Source of the DNA: Paraspadella gotoi
Taxonomy: Eukaryota > Animalia > Chaetognatha
Direction of reading: 5' to 3'
Assembly: GCA_051294375.1 (NCBI GenBank)
Contig: CM119264.1
Coordinates: forward strand, 20,302,248-20,366,247
Length of the DNA stretch: 64,000 bases
Part shown: piece after piece, positions 58,421 to 64,000 of the stretch
How the letters are laid out: each line of letters opens with the position of its first letter
How positions within the stretch are numbered: the first letter of the stretch is position 1
Program-made: the position numbers and the translations under genes
The notes under the pieces: model-generated
The model's input: only the letters and a program-made list of their open reading frames with translations
Databases searched by the model: none
What the model was told of the DNA's origin: nothing

Positions 58421-60191
58421 TAAAATGTAAAAGTAAAATTTTAGATAAATGTTATTTTATATAAAGTAAATAAACTATTAATTATGTGGGGAGTAAATGT
58501 TTATCTCTTACTCTCTTATACTCTCTTATACACCTTGTCTACATTTAAGTACAAATCGTGTTCTCATACATTAAATATTAAAAAATACATAATTATTATT
58601 AATAAATGAATTATCAAATGATTTCATACATGAATTAATTAAATTATTATTTATTTAAATATAAGCAAATAAGTAATTAATAAAATTAGAACTAATTTAA
58701 ATATAAGCAACATTAATCATTAAACTTTAAAGGGTCGGAGCTGGGAGCCGGAGCGGGAGCTGGAGCTGTCTCAAAATTTTTAGTAGAGCTGGAGCTGGAG
58801 TCGGAGCTGGAAAAAAATTTAGGATGGAGCCGGAGCTGGAGCTGGAGCTGAAAATTTTTTGGGCCGGAGCTGGAGTTGGAGCTGGAGCTGGAGAAAAAAT
58901 GGCCAGCTCCACAACCCTGGTTTTTTCAGTATTAAAATTTTTTTTACTTTAATAGGTCATATATCGAAAAGTAATCCCGTATTTGAAATTATCACTTCCC
59001 TAAAAATTATATTGAATTTTAAAAACTTCATATTTTAATGACATGTTATTAAATGATTATTATTTTTTTTTTAAATATTATTTTCGGCGGTTAATCTTAT
59101 TTAGAATCTCAAAACAGATATGCAGTTTTGCACAATCAATTCTTAACTACACGACTTTTTATGACAGCCATGTCATCATCCGCTAAAGCTGAAGTGACGT
59201 TCGGTCCCCGGAACAAGCTTATTTAATACCATCGCCGTCGTTACTTAAAAACTTTGATGTCATGCGATGACATCTCCAACTACACTGCTACATCCGTTCT
59301 TGATGTCACGTGATAAGATTGTAATGCCGTGTAATGGTGGCCACACAGGACCGCATCGAGGCAGCGACTTCCGCCGATGCCAGGGTAGGTATAAATCATG
59401 TGCAGATGCAGATGATTTTATGATTAGGATATAAATTTCAGTAAGTGACCACAAGAGCCATACCGTAATTTTCAGCTTGTTTATGCGGTTTTAAGCGAGA
59501 CAATCGAAATTGTAGAAAGTAATGTTTAAATATTATCTACGAATCTTTCCTCGACTCTTTACGCACTCGTCTCTCTCAAAAAAGTGACGTTGTCGATGAT
59601 GAAAGAAATAATTTTAATATTATTAAATCACAGACGAAGAATTTGACAAACGATAACAGTAAAAGCGAGAAGACAGATTTACAATTGACTCCGAAGCAGA
59701 AACTAAATTGATTGTTTCTTCAGAAGGAGGTAGTTGGGTGGTTTTCGAAAAAGTTTCAATACAATAAATAATTTTTTTTACGTTAATTAAGTTTATCGTT
59801 AAAAAGTGGTTATAATTTTTGACGAAACAAATAAAATATTAATTTTTTTTTCGAAAAAAAAAAATCATTTAACTACTACATGCACTAAACAATTTACTAA
59901 ATAAAATCCAATAAACAATTCAAGCGCTGGTCATAAAGATTCATTTTAAATATTTTTAGATCATCTTCTTTTCTTCTCTTATTAATAACATTATTAATAA
60001 AAGCAAATAATAAATATGTTTTATCAAGGAAATGTTAATTAGTAAGCAAAATTAAAAGAAAGAAAAATTAAAGCTAACGACCTATTTTTCCAGACCATCG
60101 CAAAATACAAAACAAAAACAGTTGAGGGGGGATCATAAAGGGCATGCTCGAAACGAAAAAAGAATGTTTTGTTTCCTGGCAGATCGAATTT

Positions 60192-61761
60192 TTATCGTTT
60201 GACGTCGTCAGCGTCGCCGTCTTTGATAGTTTCGTTCGCCGCAATCTTGTAGGGAAAGTCTTTTAGGTCTGCCAAACGACGGTGGCAGAGATTGTCGACA
60301 ATGTCTGACTGTTCCTGGGTCATGATGTTCTTCCAATCAGAATTAGAGCCTCGACGGAAGAGTCGATGCATCGGCCAAAAGAGATGGCCTTCCTCCTCTT
60401 GTTTCAGCGTCCACGATCGCATGTTGTCCAGTGCCGTCGTTCGTTGAACGTTCTTGAAAAATTAAGAAGAATAAAATGTTTAATGATTCAAAAATTTCGA
60501 CGAAAAAAACAAAAAAACAACAAAACGACCAATAAACTACCAACAAACAAACTCTCGTCGATTAACTCGCCTCTTTCATCCGAATTTCCCCCATCGTCTT
60601 GACTCACCTGATAGAATTTTTTGTTGCGAGGACATCCGAAGAATCGGCCCAATTCGACCATTTCTTCGACAAAGTTCGACTTGAGATTCTCGAAACAGAT
60701 GACGTGAACGCTTTCCGATCTGGATTTTGATTCCACCAAGTTTTTCCAGTGGTCGGCGTGAAACTGAAACCAGTCGCCGGAAACCAGGGATCCTGAGGAG
60801 AAATGACATATTTTGTTTACATATTTTTTTCTTATTCTTCAATCCGTTGCTTTTTTGCTCAATATTTCTCTCTATCATTCACCTTCACACCATCGAAGAA
60901 AGAAAGGGTTAAAGCCGCCGACGAAGATTTTCTTCTCGGACAAACTGATGTTATGAAAATCTCTGATGAACCAGAAGAGAGAGTTCACGGTGGCTTTGGG
61001 ATGTCGAGTTAGAAAGATGATTCTGAGGGAGAGAAAACTCACTTTTAAGGATGCATGTCTAAAATTTTCAAGTGTTTGGTACGTATACTTCTATCTTTAT
61101 TTTATTTTATTTTTCTATATTTTTCTTTATACACCTTAGCGTAAACTGACTCACTTGAGTTTCTTGTTCGTCTTGGCGTCTTCCGGTAAGAGATGGTAAG
61201 GTAGATGCGTCTGGAATATTCTTCGCTTTCCTGGTGGTATGTTTTTTAAGTCATCCATGAAGTTCGGCGACTCAATGTTTATCCACATTTGTTCCTAGAT
61301 TTTTGATTAGAGGTCGGTTGGGGGAGAAGTGGGTTGCTGCATTAAATCTTAAATTGACTAGTTTTTATTTGAACCGTGTGATTATTCAATAGAGAGAACA
61401 AGAAAAAAGAAATTTGACTTACCAACCGCATTTCCCGTTCATTGTTGAGTACGAGAGGGAGGAAGCCTTTGGCCCAATGGTTGCCAGATTTGGGATAAGA
61501 CACGAGGAGAACGTCGCCCTCTTCGAAAGTGAAGTCACGACGAAGGGAAGTTAGGGATGGGATGTCAACATATCCCGCCAGGGGCACGCCTAAAATGGAT
61601 CGGGGGAGGGGGAGACATCTGGATGATAAATATGACCGTCAGACTGAAAAAATAGAGCCGCACTGATTGAACTATCTGCTAAAAGTTCAACGTCCCGAAA
61701 AAAAAGAGCAGATGCCTTTAACTTTATGGTATAAAGACACTACGGTCTTCGTATGATTCAC
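60192..61761 (-). CDS. Cytosolic sulfotransferase (Sulfotransfer_1 family); start exon uncertain
   Basis: Exons about 61761-61716, 61589-61423, 61294-61155, 61022-60883, 60792-60608 and 60452-60192 (TAA). Motifs: VKGVPL, SYPKSGNHW (5'-PSB), THLPY, RHPKATVNS (3'-PB) and RRGSNSDWKN. Confidence 0.9.
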
Positions 61762-61829
61762 TAACAACTTAATAAAGGAATGAATAAGGGAGACGGGAAT
61801 TGTCGAGACAGTGGACTCAAGAACAAAAT

Positions 61830-61923
<94 letters not shown>

Positions 61924-64000
61924 TGTTTAAAGTGCACTCGAACGAAAAAAAACTTGCTTCGAATAAAAGACGTTTGGTCATCCGCAGGAAATGACTCTTA
62001 AGCATCGATATTTTATCCTCCTTTTTCTTTCCTTAATTTTGTTTAGCCTTTTTTGCGATCATTTAAAGTGCCAAATTCTTCGATCTAGTATTCGTTTGTT
62101 TACCTTCGCAAAAGCTGTAGTCGAGGAAAGCGGGGTCACTGACTTGGCGAGCCACGCAAGAATCGACCTAAAGAGTGTAGAGTAATATTTATCGGTCGAG
62201 GAAGAAGGAAAGGGAAAAGGGGAAAAAGGAATAGATAGAAAGAAAGAAAGAAAGAAAATTAATAATGAATAAAAGAAAAAATAAGGAAATGGTTATAAAT
62301 CGAAACTACAGTCCTATGCAAAAAAAAAAAACCAAAAAAAACAAAAAAAACGCGCCACTTTATAACTTTAAATTTCAGACGCTCTATAAATATATTTTTA
62401 AAAATTAAATATAAAAAATACATTTAAAAAAAAGTAATCAATGTGTTTAAATTTTATTACAATCGGTCAAGTGATTTAGGAAATATAATTTTTTAAACTT
62501 GTGTTTCAAAACCAAACGGGAGAATCGACTTTTATCTACACTGATTTTTTTAAACTAGAAAAACTATAAAATGAAAAAGGCTGTTATTGTGGTTGTGACA
62601 TTCAAATTGTTCAGTCATATACTCCAATGTCTATATTTATAAGATAAACTAAAATTTAATTTTTTTTAAAAAATATATCTTATAACAAGAGAGTCGTGTG
62701 CAAAATCTGAAGTCACTATATCAGATAATTTAGCCATAGTATTTCATCATTTCATATTCGCTCCCATTTGAAATCCGTATCAAAGCTTTTTTTATTGTAT
62801 GTTTTAATAACCTTAAGATTATTATTTAGGGAGCAGGAGTAATCCAGTTATCCAGCTATCCCTCTGGATGTCCAGTATGAAAATATAAGAAGAAAAAAGA
62901 TTAATCTAAAATCTACTAGATTTTATAGATTTTTTTACATTCAGCTTTTCGCTAGAGTTCTTTATTTTAAAAAAAATATTGCTCCTAAGCTAATGGCCCA
63001 ATTTTAATAAGAAATATACCAAACTTATCATTTTTCAATAAAGTTTAAATACTTTTAAAATTAAAAAAAAAATTTAAGTACATAGGGTAATTTTTAAAGT
63101 CTGAAATAAAGTGGCGCATTTTTTTTTAACAGTAAAACGGGAAAGAAAAATTTTGTTCACTTCCCACGATGGCATTTTTTTACTAGCTACAAATAATCTG
63201 ACAATTTGCATAAATATCTCTTTGATATTGATAAGACCGACACATACACAATATCCAACAATTACCTGCAAGTCCCTAACGTTGCTAACGCAAGGAGTGG
63301 GAGACAGCAATACTTGCGACATGATTTTGTTATCTTCCCTTTTGTTTTTATTTTTTTTTCGCAAATATGGCGTCGGTGTAAAATACTAAATTCGTTTTAT
63401 CAACGAGATTCGTTAATTTTTTTGTGGGCCAAATTTTTTTTTCGTATTCAGTCTTTTTTTTTCATGATCCCGAAACTTGTTTTAAAAAGGCAGAAAAAAT
63501 CGTATTCTTCAAGATTTTAGCTCCTTTTTTATAGTTGAGGTCGATGTCTCAATGATCGTCGTCGTCGTCGTCGTTTTTCTCGTCGCTGCAATGTCGTCGT
63601 CGTCGACGTTGTAATCGTCGTCGTCATCATCGCCGTCGTCTTCGATGTCGACCTCGTCGGAATATTCCTTTCCTCTTACTTGTTTACCTCCTCTTCCCTC
63701 CCATCTTCCTCCTCCTTCTCTTCCTCCTCCTCCTCCGACATAGCATAAGCTAAGATTAAGGCCATATCATTTGTGCAACCTTGACTGAAAACAAGCTTTT
63801 AAGTTACAAGCTATATTTATAAATGTTCTTTCTTAAAAACGAATGTTCGATTGTTATAGGATCGATCAGAAATCTTGAATAGCTCTATGCTCTATAGCTC
63901 TAAAATTAAAAAAGGTTAAAAAACGCAGCCTTGACCTAGAGGCTATGATTCCGCTTCCCTGCAGTCCTCTGCGGCCCGTTGCCGGCCCCTGCCGTTTCTG

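Larger units (their letters stand above)
55504..58919. mobile_element. Non-autonomous hAT-type DNA transposon with nested insertions
   Basis: TIRs CAGGGATGTGGAGCTGG and CCAGCTCCACAACCCTG, perfect 8-bp TSD GTTTTTTC, and subterminal (GGAGCT)n arrays at both ends. Confidence 0.88.

Noticed and set aside
63540-63740. Acidic minus-strand coding-like stretch
   Set aside because: Broken by a stop and a frame change, and explained by GAG/GAC repeats.

Overview
AT-rich, repeat-dense invertebrate-type eukaryotic genomic DNA with spliceosomal introns, (GA)n/(GAC)n microsatellites and two N gaps; the organism cannot be identified from the sequence. Four spliced genes were rebuilt by hand: the 5' end of a divergent SLC6 transporter (-), a FES/FER-like F-BAR gene (+), a complete 38-exon CFAP44/WDR52 gene (+, 21805-51781) and a cytosolic sulfotransferase (-). 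The introns hold many nested non-autonomous mobile elements. The strongest leads are: (1) three short insertions carrying a minimal hammerhead ribozyme, each with its own 8-14 bp target-site duplication; (2) several families of miniature LTR elements whose LTRs contain a tRNA-like sequence and a covarying 5' hairpin; (3) an F-BAR gene whose last clear donor site lies only about 245 bp before the CFAP44 ATG; and (4) unusually relaxed splice signals. All alignments were done by eye and no searches were run.
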